A DNA stretch of 63,958 nt, counting the filler. It is 4 parts of 4 records of this genome, joined end to end, with 100 filler letters (N's around TTAATTAATTAA, not from the genome) between each part and the next. Parts side by side here need not be neighbours in the genome. Positions count along the whole stretch, not along the records: positions 22,227 to 36,584 come from SRR22947725_5385; positions 36,685 to 43,804 come from SRR22947725_5389; 2 more parts are not named here. The stretch is one strand, 5' to 3'. Positions within the stretch are counted from its first letter, which is position 1, and the number at the start of each line of letters is the position of its first letter. The notes below the pieces were generated by a model. The model worked only from the letters and a program-made list of their open reading frames with translations, was not told where the DNA came from and did not search any database. Positions 33,373 to 41,997 of this stretch are shown in pieces. The translations under genes and the position numbers were made by a program.

Positions 33373-33990
33373 TTGATACAATTATATGGAAGACGAAACT
33401 CTATTAATGTTCAAAAAGTTTCATGGGCCCTTTGCGAGTTAAATATTGAATTTAAGTGGCATGACGAGCATGGAAAGTTTGGAACTGTTAATGTAGAAAA
33501 CTATGAGAAATTAAACCCTCAAATGATTGTTCCTACCTTAGATCATAATGGTACTATAATTAATCAATCAAACAGCATTGTGAGATATCTTTATAGAAAA
33601 TATACTGATGTATACGAAATTTCAAAAGTAGAAGATATTGCAATTGCTGAGCAGTGGATGGAATTCCAAGCAACTGACTTACAATTAAATATGACACCAA
33701 TCTTTTGGGGGTTAGTAAGAAACCCTCCTGAAGATCGCGATCAAGACCTAATTGATAAAAATATTATTTTATTGAATAAAAAATTTGAAATTTTTGATAA
33801 TTTTTTAGAGGGTCATGAATACATTTTAAATAATAGTTTTGGTATGTCAGATATTATTATGGGTGTTGCTACTTATAGGTATAATTCTTTACCAATTGAA
33901 CGACCTAATTTAGTTAATTTACAAAATTGGTATAAAAAAATTAGTAACCGTAATTGTTTTAAGAAAAATATTTTAGGTACTTTTTCCTAA
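33373..33990 (+). CDS. Glutathione S-transferase (GstB-like)
   Basis: LYGRRNSINVQKV.W.L.EL, LNP...VPTL, QSNSIVRYL. Confidence 0.88.
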   Translation: MIQLYGRRNSINVQKVSWALCELNIEFKWHDEHGKFGTVNVENYEKLNPQMIVPTLDHNGTIINQSNSIVRYLYRKYTDVYEISKVEDIAIAEQWMEFQATDLQLNMTPIFWGLVRNPPEDRDQDLIDKNIILLNKKFEIFDNFLEGHEYILNNSFGMSDIIMGVATYRYNSLPIERPNLVNLQNWYKKISNRNCFKKNILGTFS

Positions 33991-34014
33991 ATTTATTAGT
34001 ACCTGCGTCAGGAG

Positions 34015-34908
34015 ATGCTTATGGAAAAAATAGGTTTTATTGGCTTAGGTAATATGGGGACCCCCCTTGCTAAGAGATTATTAAAAAAATATCAGCTTAT
34101 TATTTATGACCTTGACGAAAATAATATTAAATACTTCACTGATAAAGGAGCTTTGGCTTGCTCTACTCCTGCTGAATTAGCCTCACAAACTTCACGAATC
34201 TTCTTATGTTTACCAACGAGTGCTATTGTAGAGAAAGTTGTAAATGGAGATCACGGATTATTAAAAACTGCTAAAAAAGATACATATATTATTGACATGA
34301 CAACTGGAGAGCCAGAAATTACCAGAAAAATTTCTAATGCTCTTAAACAAAAAGGTATAAATTTTATTGATGCTCCAGTAAGTGGCGGTCCAAAAGGAGC
34401 TAATCAGGGTAATATAGCTATAATGGTAGGTGGAACTAAAAATCAATTTTCTACCATTAAGCCTATAATGGACGATATTAGTTCAAATATATTCTATGCA
34501 GGAGAGATCGGGTCAGGACATTCAATCAAGGCAGGTAACAACTTACTCAATTTAATATGTAGAATGGCTACTTTCGAAGTTATCTCCATGCTTGTAAAAG
34601 ACGGTGTTGATCCTGAAAAAGCTGTAAATATTATCCAGAAAAGCTCAGGAAGAAACTATGCAACCGAAATCACACTTCCGGACAATATTCTTTCCGGAAA
34701 AATGGTACAAGGTTTCAGCACTGGTTTGATGCAAAAGGACGCTGGCGTTGCAACCAGAATTGCTGATACTAATCAGGTTGAAATTCCACTTGGAAAATTG
34801 TCTCAAGAGCTTTTAAAATCTACTATAGATGAATTTGGTGAAGATGCTGATATGAGCAATGTCGCTCTTACATACGAAAAAAAATCAGGAGTAAAAATTA
34901 GGCCTTAA
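34015..34908 (+). CDS. Beta-hydroxyacid dehydrogenase (3-hydroxyisobutyrate dehydrogenase family)
   Basis: GFIGLGNMG, DAPVSGG, catalytic Lys in IKAGNN, MQKD. Confidence 0.88.
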   Translation: MLMEKIGFIGLGNMGTPLAKRLLKKYQLIIYDLDENNIKYFTDKGALACSTPAELASQTSRIFLCLPTSAIVEKVVNGDHGLLKTAKKDTYIIDMTTGEPEITRKISNALKQKGINFIDAPVSGGPKGANQGNIAIMVGGTKNQFSTIKPIMDDISSNIFYAGEIGSGHSIKAGNNLLNLICRMATFEVISMLVKDGVDPEKAVNIIQKSSGRNYATEITLPDNILSGKMVQGFSTGLMQKDAGVATRIADTNQVEIPLGKLSQELLKSTIDEFGEDADMSNVALTYEKKSGVKIRP

Positions 34909-36584
34909 ATAAGTGTTCCCTCTTGTATTGCCCTAATTTGCAAAGCTAGAAATTTTGAAAAAATTCTGCATTGAGCTAAGCTTCCTGCATGAAACCATAG
35001 ACCAGGTTGGTTAGTCTGTATCCACATATTTCTTAATTCTTGTCTATCATTATCAAATCCCCAAATAGGTCCAAGCTTTTCAACAACTGCTTTACCAAAA
35101 AACTCTTCAACTACATATTCTTGGCCTTTGTAACCGGTTGCAGTAACCATCAAATCAATATCAAAGTTATCACCTGATTTCATCTCTATTCCTGAAGCAT
35201 TAAAATTAGTAATATCAGAAAATTGTATTACTTTAATTTTTCTTTCGGCTATTAAATCAGAAGCTCCAACATTAAAATAATAACCACCACCTCTAGTTAA
35301 ATATTTAAATTGCCACCCGGTATTTTCTTCTCCGTATTCTAATCTAAACCCAACCTCTTCTAATTTGTCCAATAAAGACTTATCAATTTCTTTTGTCTTT
35401 TCTGTAAGTAGTTGATGTGTTTTTTTTAGAACTTTAAGAGGACTTGAAATCGTAATTAAATCACAATCATCAGTGTTTGGTCCTTCCCTGTATAGTTGAT
35501 AGGGAAGCTGAGCGCTAGGCTCAACATTTACAACCATAGATGGTGATCGCTGGACAATTTTAACATTTGCACCGTGAACGTACAAATCTTGTGCAACGTC
35601 ATGCGCGCTTGTACCGGTGCCAAATACCAATACATTTTTACCTTTGTAATCTCTGCCATTACTGTAATCTGTTGAGTGAATTACCTTACCCTTATAACCA
35701 TCCATTCCTGGGATTTTAGTACGATTAGGAACTGAGCTCACACCAACGGCCATTACTATATGCTTGGGCTTCATTATCCGTTCATTACCATCGGATAATT
35801 TAAGCTTAACATTCCAATTTTTTTCAGTTTTATCGTATTCTGCACTAATAAAGGTTGTTTTTGTCCAAACATTTAACTCCATACTCTCAGCATAATACTC
35901 AAACCAACCGGCTAATTTGTCTTTGGGAATATACGTTGGCCAAGTAGGAGGGAATGGCATGTAGGGCAGATGATTTACATGGGTCTGATTATGTAATTTT
36001 AAAGAGTGATATCTATTTCTCCAATTATCCCCAACTCTTTCATTTTTATCTACAACAAGAGTATCAATATTTTGTTGTTTCAATCTTGCCGCAATTGATA
36101 GGCCGGCTTGCCCACTCCCAACAACTAAAACTTCAGGGTCTCTGTCTTTATATAATCTGTCTTCTTTTCTAACATCTAACCAATTAGGACCTTCCAAAGT
36201 ATTTTCATATTGATCTTCTTTTTTATTAAATGAAGAATTAAGATCACTTAAAGCTGTAAGAAAATTCCATGCTTTAAAAGTCCCTGAGACCTTACTGTCT
36301 TCATATAATCTAACTACGCCCTCACAATAACCAAACTTTGTCTTAAATTTTAAAATGACTTCTACAACATTCTTACCTGCTCTGATAACTTCCCTAGGTT
36401 GAGTTCTTTGTGGATCGATAACAAAGTCTTTAGCAATAACATTTAAAACCGTATCATAAAGTTTTGGAATTATATTTTGTTTGCCAGATGTTGTTTGGAT
36501 CTGCCAAGTGAGCGCTAATATATCTCTCCAATGAGAGTTCTCAAAAAATAATTTATTAAGATTTTCTATAGAATCTGTTTTGCT
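34905..36584 (-). CDS. Flavin-containing monooxygenase, type II-like with N-terminal extension (partial at contig end)
   Basis: GSGQAG, GDNWR.RY.SL.LH, YKGKVIHSTDY (FMO fingerprint), GTGTSAHD, ATGY. The frame stays open for 129 more codons upstream of the listed start (…FENSHWRDILALTW…AWNFLTAL…). Confidence 0.88.
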   Translation of the reverse strand, partial: SKTDSIENLNKLFFENSHWRDILALTWQIQTTSGKQNIIPKLYDTVLNVIAKDFVIDPQRTQPREVIRAGKNVVEVILKFKTKFGYCEGVVRLYEDSKVSGTFKAWNFLTALSDLNSSFNKKEDQYENTLEGPNWLDVRKEDRLYKDRDPEVLVVGSGQAGLSIAARLKQQNIDTLVVDKNERVGDNWRNRYHSLKLHNQTHVNHLPYMPFPPTWPTYIPKDKLAGWFEYYAESMELNVWTKTTFISAEYDKTEKNWNVKLKLSDGNERIMKPKHIVMAVGVSSVPNRTKIPGMDGYKGKVIHSTDYSNGRDYKGKNVLVFGTGTSAHDVAQDLYVHGANVKIVQRSPSMVVNVEPSAQLPYQLYREGPNTDDCDLITISSPLKVLKKTHQLLTEKTKEIDKSLLDKLEEVGFRLEYGEENTGWQFKYLTRGGGYYFNVGASDLIAERKIKVIQFSDITNFNASGIEMKSGDNFDIDLMVTATGYKGQEYVVEEFFGKAVVEKLGPIWGFDNDRQELRNMWIQTNQPGLWFHAGSLAQCRIFSKFLALQIRAIQEGTLI

Positions 36585-36684
36585 NNNNNNNNNNNNNNNN
36601 NNNNNNNNNNNNNNNNNNNNNNNNNNNNTTAATTAATTAANNNNNNNNNNNNNNNNNNNNNNNNNNNNNNNNNNNNNNNNNNNN
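36585..36684. other. Artificial contig linker
   Basis: N44-TTAATTAATTAA-N44. Confidence 0.98.
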
Positions 36685-37005
36685 ATTGTTGTCATCTAAA
36701 TACATATCTACTTTAGAATTAATTGGTGCTTTCTCTCTATAATCAAGAGTTCCATTTTTGCCATCTGACAATCTGTAAACCATAAAGCCTCCACCACCCA
36801 AATTACCAGCGTTTGGATAAACAACGGCAAGGGCTAAATCTGTAGCTATCATAGCGTCAAATGCATTTCCTCCTCTTTTAAGTATATCGATACCTGCTTT
36901 TGAAGCTTCATGTTTCGCTGAAACAACCATCCCGCTTCTATAATTATTATCACAAGAAATCAATTGAACAATAAGCAATAAATAGAAAAGAGAATTTTTC
37001 AACAT
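36685..37005 (-). CDS. ggt: Gamma-glutamyltransferase, N-terminal part (partial)
   Basis: GMVVSA...AS.AG..IL..GGNAFDA, LAVVYP.AGNLGGGGF, LDYREKAP; lipobox-like LISC. Confidence 0.92.
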
Positions 37006-37053
37006 AATTGTAAATGTTTTATATAAAACTAATATAAAATATTAATCTAGTTG

Positions 37054-37061
37054 TATCTTTG
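37054..37061 (+). promoter_or_regulatory. Bacteroidota -7 promoter element (TAnnTTTG) for glmM
   Basis: TATCTTTG, 4 nt before ATG 37066. Confidence 0.7.
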
Positions 37062-37065
37062 AAGC

Positions 37066-38451
37066 ATGACATTAATTAAATCAATTTCAGGAATTAGAGG
37101 AACAATTGGGGGTAAATTTGGAGATAATCTTACTCCAATTGAGGCGGTAAATTTTGGTTGTGCATACGGACAATGGATTTTAAACAGAAATCCTAATAAA
37201 AAACCAACTGTGGTTATTGGTAGAGATGCAAGAATTTCCGGTAAAATGATTCAAAATTTTGTTCAAAATTCTTTAATATCACTTGGAATTAATGTAATCG
37301 ATTTAGACTTGTCAACAACTCCAACAGTTGAATTAATGGTAAAAGAATATAATGCTGATGGAGGAATAATTATAACTGCAAGTCATAATCCAACTGAGTG
37401 GAATGCGTTAAAATTATTAGATGAAAACGGAGAGTTTTTAAATTCGGTTGAAGGAAAAAAAATTATTGATATTTCTGAATCAAAAAAATTTATTTTTTCA
37501 AATGTTCATGAGTTAGGTAAGATTTATAAGTCTAATGATTCAATGAAAAAACACATAGAATGTGTTCTAAATTTGAATTTAGTTGATGTAGAAAAAATTA
37601 AATCAAAAAAAATTAAAGTAGTAGTAGATGCTGTAAATTCTACTGGAGGATTAATTGTTCCTGATTTTTTAGAAGAATTAAACATTGAAGTTATCAAACT
37701 TTATTGTGAGCCAAATGGAGATTTTCCACATAATCCTGAACCATTAAAAAAAAATCTAACAGAACTGTCAAAAAAGGTTATTGAATGTAATGCTGATCTA
37801 GGTATTGCTGTAGATCCTGATGTAGACAGGTTAGTTTTTGTATGTGAAGATGGTGAATTATTTGGAGAAGAAAATACTCTTGTTGCTTGTGCTGACTACG
37901 TACTTTCTAAAACACCGGGTTCAACTGTGTCTAATTTGTCTTCATCACGAGCTCTAAATGATATTACCAAAAAACATAATCAAGTTCATTACTACAGTGC
38001 AGTTGGTGAAGTTAACGTTGTGGATAAAATGAAGAAATGTAAAGCAGTAATAGGAGGAGAGGGAAATGGGGGAGTAATATATCCTAAAAGTCATTATGGT
38101 AGGGACTCTATTGTTGGAATAGGTTTATTTCTATCATTGTATGTTGAGCGCGGATTAATTGCTAGTAAGTTGCTTGAAACATATCCTAAATACTTTATGG
38201 TTAAAGAAAAAATAAATCTTTCTCCATCATTAGATGTTGATAATATTTTAGGACAAATTGCTGAAAAATATAAGAACGAAAATATTGATTTAGTAGATGG
38301 AGTAAGAATTGATTTTAAAGACAGCTGGGTACAATTAAGAAAATCTAATACAGAACCTATAATTAGAATTTATAGTGAAGCTAAGAGTAACGATAAAGCT
38401 TCAGAGTTAATTAAAGAAATTGAAATTTTAATTAAGAATATAATTAGTTAA
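37066..38451 (+). CDS. glmM: Phosphoglucosamine mutase / phosphomannomutase (Bacteroidota type)
   Basis: MTLIKSISGIRGTIGG, ITASHNP (phospho-Ser), DPDVDR, GGEGNGG, RKSNTEP. Confidence 0.9.
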   Translation: MTLIKSISGIRGTIGGKFGDNLTPIEAVNFGCAYGQWILNRNPNKKPTVVIGRDARISGKMIQNFVQNSLISLGINVIDLDLSTTPTVELMVKEYNADGGIIITASHNPTEWNALKLLDENGEFLNSVEGKKIIDISESKKFIFSNVHELGKIYKSNDSMKKHIECVLNLNLVDVEKIKSKKIKVVVDAVNSTGGLIVPDFLEELNIEVIKLYCEPNGDFPHNPEPLKKNLTELSKKVIECNADLGIAVDPDVDRLVFVCEDGELFGEENTLVACADYVLSKTPGSTVSNLSSSRALNDITKKHNQVHYYSAVGEVNVVDKMKKCKAVIGGEGNGGVIYPKSHYGRDSIVGIGLFLSLYVERGLIASKLLETYPKYFMVKEKINLSPSLDVDNILGQIAEKYKNENIDLVDGVRIDFKDSWVQLRKSNTEPIIRIYSEAKSNDKASELIKEIEILIKNIIS

Positions 38452-39332
38452 TCTTTTGGCGCTTTATCCTTGTGTTTAAACCTGTTGTGTGTCCAATAAT
38501 AGTATTCCGGAATTTCTCTTATTTGCTTCTCAAGCATATTTAAGTATATATCTGTAATCTGATAGTCTTCATACTCATTTGGAAATTCAGAAATTAATTC
38601 AACAACTACCTTATAATACCCTCTTTTTACTTTTACTACTTTCCCAAAAACAACAGGAATGTCATGCTGTTTAGCAATTCTTTCTGACCCAGTAAAAACT
38701 GGAACTTTAATTCCTAAAAACTCCTTCCAATAGGTTACTGACCTAATTTGAGCTGATTGATCAGCTGCCATTCCATATAAAAATAACTTGTTTTCTTTAA
38801 GTTGTTTTTTAATGTATGATCCCGCTTCATATCTTGAAATCAATTTTGAACCGTGTCTTAATCTAAATTTTTTTATCAATACTTCTAGACTTTTATTTGA
38901 TAGAGGAGTATAAACTGCAAAAGGAAGCTGAGGGACATGATAATTAATAGACAAAAACCATTCAAAACCACCGTAATGAGATGTCATAAACATCACACTT
39001 TTATTCTTTTTCTCTAAATCATAAAAAATCTCAGGATTCTCGATATAAAATCTTTTTTTCATCTCCTTAGGAGATATTGAATAAAATTTTAACATTTCAA
39101 AAAATACATCAGTAAAATGTTTATAAAATTCTTTTTCAATTCTAATTAAATCATTATTTGATTTTGCAACTTTTGATAATTCAAGATTTTTTCTTACTAT
39201 TTTTCTTCGAAAACCAATAATATAATAAGACAGATAAAAAATTAAATCTGAAATAAAATACAATACTTTGAAGGGCAGAATTGATATAAATAAAAGTAAA
39301 GGGTAAATAAAAAATCTTGTTATTAAATTCAT
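38448..39332 (-). CDS. Lipid A late acyltransferase (LpxL family)
   Basis: N-terminal TM, SHYGGFEW (HxxxxE), AADQS, PEYYYWTHNRFKH. Confidence 0.88.
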   Translation of the reverse strand: MNLITRFFIYPLLLFISILPFKVLYFISDLIFYLSYYIIGFRRKIVRKNLELSKVAKSNNDLIRIEKEFYKHFTDVFFEMLKFYSISPKEMKKRFYIENPEIFYDLEKKNKSVMFMTSHYGGFEWFLSINYHVPQLPFAVYTPLSNKSLEVLIKKFRLRHGSKLISRYEAGSYIKKQLKENKLFLYGMAADQSAQIRSVTYWKEFLGIKVPVFTGSERIAKQHDIPVVFGKVVKVKRGYYKVVVELISEFPNEYEDYQITDIYLNMLEKQIREIPEYYYWTHNRFKHKDKAPKD

Positions 39333-39337
39333 TATTG

Positions 39338-39345
39338 CAAATCTA
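39338..39345 (-). promoter_or_regulatory. Bacteroidota -7 element for the acyltransferase gene
   Basis: Minus-strand TAGATTTG, 5 nt before ATG 39332. Confidence 0.65.
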
Positions 39346-39423
39346 TTATATTATTATCATAATTAATTGATTATAATTAAATTCATATAAGAATGTTTTT
39401 ATATATTTAAAATAAAAACAATT

Positions 39424-40133
39424 ATGAAAAAATTTACAACTTTATTATAAATATTCTTTGCATTAAGCATTTATTCTCAAGAAAGAACCCATTGGCAAGC
39501 ATATTCATTCTCAATAGATAGCTCAGATGAAGAAACGGTAGTTTCTTTACTTGATAAGCAATTCTCTTCAAACAAAACTGATGGAGTTACATCATATCTG
39601 TACAGTGTTATGTTTTAGATTCAGAATTTGATGCGACTCACCAAGTTATTTTTACTGGAAATGCTGATGCATTAAATAAGATGTGGTCTTCAGGCCCTAA
39701 TTTAGAAACTCAATTATTTTTTAGTAAAATGAATAATTATTTTAAAGAGGGTGGAAGTTCTGGAAATGGAACTACTGTTTTAAATTTTAATTCAGAAACC
39801 GTATTTCCATTTCAAGTGGTTTCAATTATTAATTCAAAATCTTGGTCAAGTCGTGATATTATGAGAAGTACTATGAAAAGCTTAAACGAAAAATATCCAA
39901 GAAAAGATAGAGGAACAATTCACGGAAACATTAGAAGTGGTGTTCATCCAGAGGGAACTCATTACTTTGTTGCTGGATATAAGTCATATGGTGATTTATT
40001 AGAATCAGATAGAGATTTTAGAATCAGTAATCCTAATTACATGAAAGACAGACTTAAAATGAATAAGGATGTTGATTGGAATACTTTCAAAACTGTAAGA
40101 AAATTCACAAGAGTTCTTGTGAAAAAGTGGTAA
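39424..40133 (+). pseudogene. Disrupted secreted hypothetical protein (premature stop plus 1-bp frameshift)
   Basis: MKKFTTLL*IFFALSIYSQ... (TAA 39448-39450 inside a signal peptide); frame runs to TAG 39616-39618; one extra T in the T-run at 39613-39616 joins it to the frame of ORF 39681-40133. Confidence 0.75.
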
Positions 40134-40156
40134 TAATTAAATTATTATAAAAAATT

Positions 40157-40186
40157 AACCCAGAATATATTCTGGGGTTTTTTTTT
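40157..40186 (+). terminator. Intrinsic terminator
   Basis: CCCAGAA-TATA-TTCTGGG stem followed by a long T run. Confidence 0.8.
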
Positions 40187-40189
40187 ATA

Positions 40190-40197
40190 TACTTTTG
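40190..40197 (+). promoter_or_regulatory. Bacteroidota -7 element for the rhomboid gene
   Basis: TACTTTTG, 4 nt before ATG 40202. Confidence 0.65.
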
Positions 40198-40201
40198 AAA
40201 A

Positions 40202-40834
40202 ATGCTTTTTATCATTATTATAATTACTTGTATATTTTCAATAAAAGGGTTCAAAAATTTAACTTTTTTTAATAAATATAAATTTCAAATCCAGTCAATC
40301 AACAAAGGAGAAAAATATCGAATGTGGTCTTCTGCATTTTTACATGCTGATTACAGTCACTTATTTTTTAACTTATTTACTTTATGGGTTTTTTCTGGGG
40401 CTATACTTATGAAACTTGGAGGACTCTATTATTTAATTATTTACTTATTGAGTCTTTATTTTGGTAATTTATTTACATTAAAACAACATAAAAATCAAAT
40501 TTTATATTCTGCTGTAGGAGCAAGTGGGGCTGTAACTGGAATTGTTTATTCATCTATATTATTATTTCCAGAAATGAAACTAGCTTTAATATTCTTTCCA
40601 ATACCGTTACCATCCTATGTTTTTGGATTATGCTACATTTTATATTCAATATACGGAATGAAAAAAAACACTGGAAACATTGGACATTCAGCACACTTAG
40701 GAGGAGCTATAGCCGGAATGATTATTACGATACTCATTCAGCCATCTATTTTAGCAAATCAAACTTGGTTAGTGTTTTTATTACTAACTCCATTTATTAT
40801 ACTTTATTACGATAAAAAAAACAGTTTATTTTAA
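40202..40834 (+). CDS. Rhomboid intramembrane serine protease
   Basis: FLHAD..HLFFN, GASGA, HSAHLGGA. Confidence 0.9.
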   Translation: MLFIIIIITCIFSIKGFKNLTFFNKYKFQIQSINKGEKYRMWSSAFLHADYSHLFFNLFTLWVFSGAILMKLGGLYYLIIYLLSLYFGNLFTLKQHKNQILYSAVGASGAVTGIVYSSILLFPEMKLALIFFPIPLPSYVFGLCYILYSIYGMKKNTGNIGHSAHLGGAIAGMIITILIQPSILANQTWLVFLLLTPFIILYYDKKNSLF

Positions 40835-41938
40835 TTGCTTGGCAATCATTGCAGCTAGATCATTTCCCTTAACATCAATCCCAATTATATTTTTGGATTC
40901 GTCTAACACAAAAGTTGTGGGCATTTGAATAACCTTATACAGTTTAGCTATTGGCTCTCCCCAAAATTTTAAATTTGAAATATGAACCCAATCCTTAATA
41001 TTATCATTTTCTATTGCATTAACCCATGATTCCATGTCTCTGTCAAGTGAAATTCCAACAATTTGAAACTCACTGTCAGAATACTTAGATTTTAAATCAA
41101 CCAAGCTAGGATTTTCAACTCTACAAGGGGCACACCAAGAAGCCCAAAAATCTAATAATATCACTTTAGACTTAACATCACTTAGAGATACAGGTTCAGC
41201 AAACAAACCTGGCCCTGTAAAATCAGGAGCTAAACTTCCAACAGAGGGAGTATCATTATTTTTTTTCATCTCTTCTATTTTATTTTTAATTTCTGTAGAA
41301 GATTTTGTGCTTTTAATTATGTCTGTAAATCGGGAAAAATATGATTCAATAATATCAAGATCAATCTCTTTATTCATAAGCATTCTCTGAAGGATAAGAG
41401 ATGATAAATAAGAATCATTATTTTCTACAATAAAACTTTCCTCATATTTTCTTAACTTATCTTTCAATGACTCAAATTGACTGTTCAGATCACTCATAAG
41501 AAGAGTATCACTCGCAAAATTAGCATTTCTCATTTCAGATTGAACCTTGTTTAATTCAATATAAAAATCTTTAGTTTTTAGTTTGTATGTACTAAAGTCA
41601 TCATTTGATTTAGTTCCCAACACTCTGGAAGTTCTTAAACTGTCTTTATACACTTTAACATTTATAGTTCCAGGTTCAATAACTACAGGAAGGTTTTCTC
41701 TTTGCTTGTCAAAAACCACGTAGTGCATTTCTGGGACAGATATTGAATCTGTGAATGAAAACTTACCTTCAAAAACTTTAGTTGAATCTACAACAACCGG
41801 CAAATTACTTTCACCAAGTTTTACCAAAAAAACATTTAAATCTTCATCATGATTTGTTTCAGCATTTATAGTAAAGGTATTATTTGAACAACCGTATGAG
41901 ATAAATAGAATTAATAATAAATAAATATATTTTTTCAT
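40826..41938 (-). CDS. TlpA/AhpC-TSA redoxin lipoprotein with N-terminal DUF4369-like domain
   Basis: MKKY...SYGC lipoprotein signal (start ATG 41938), DFWASWCAPCR.ENP, ISLD, HISNLKFW. Confidence 0.88.
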   Translation of the reverse strand: MKKYIYLLLILFISYGCSNNTFTINAETNHDEDLNVFLVKLGESNLPVVVDSTKVFEGKFSFTDSISVPEMHYVVFDKQRENLPVVIEPGTINVKVYKDSLRTSRVLGTKSNDDFSTYKLKTKDFYIELNKVQSEMRNANFASDTLLMSDLNSQFESLKDKLRKYEESFIVENNDSYLSSLILQRMLMNKEIDLDIIESYFSRFTDIIKSTKSSTEIKNKIEEMKKNNDTPSVGSLAPDFTGPGLFAEPVSLSDVKSKVILLDFWASWCAPCRVENPSLVDLKSKYSDSEFQIVGISLDRDMESWVNAIENDNIKDWVHISNLKFWGEPIAKLYKVIQMPTTFVLDESKNIIGIDVKGNDLAAMIAKQLK

Positions 41939-41956
41939 TGGAGTTTGAATAAAATT

Positions 41957-41973
41957 TAACTTTGACAAATATA
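41957..41973. promoter_or_regulatory. Two interlocked Bacteroidota -7 elements on opposite strands
   Basis: Plus-strand TAACTTTG (41957-41964, towards dld) and minus-strand TATATTTG (41966-41973, towards the TlpA gene). Confidence 0.6.
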
Positions 41974-41997
41974 ATATTTAAATATTGATAGCTATCA

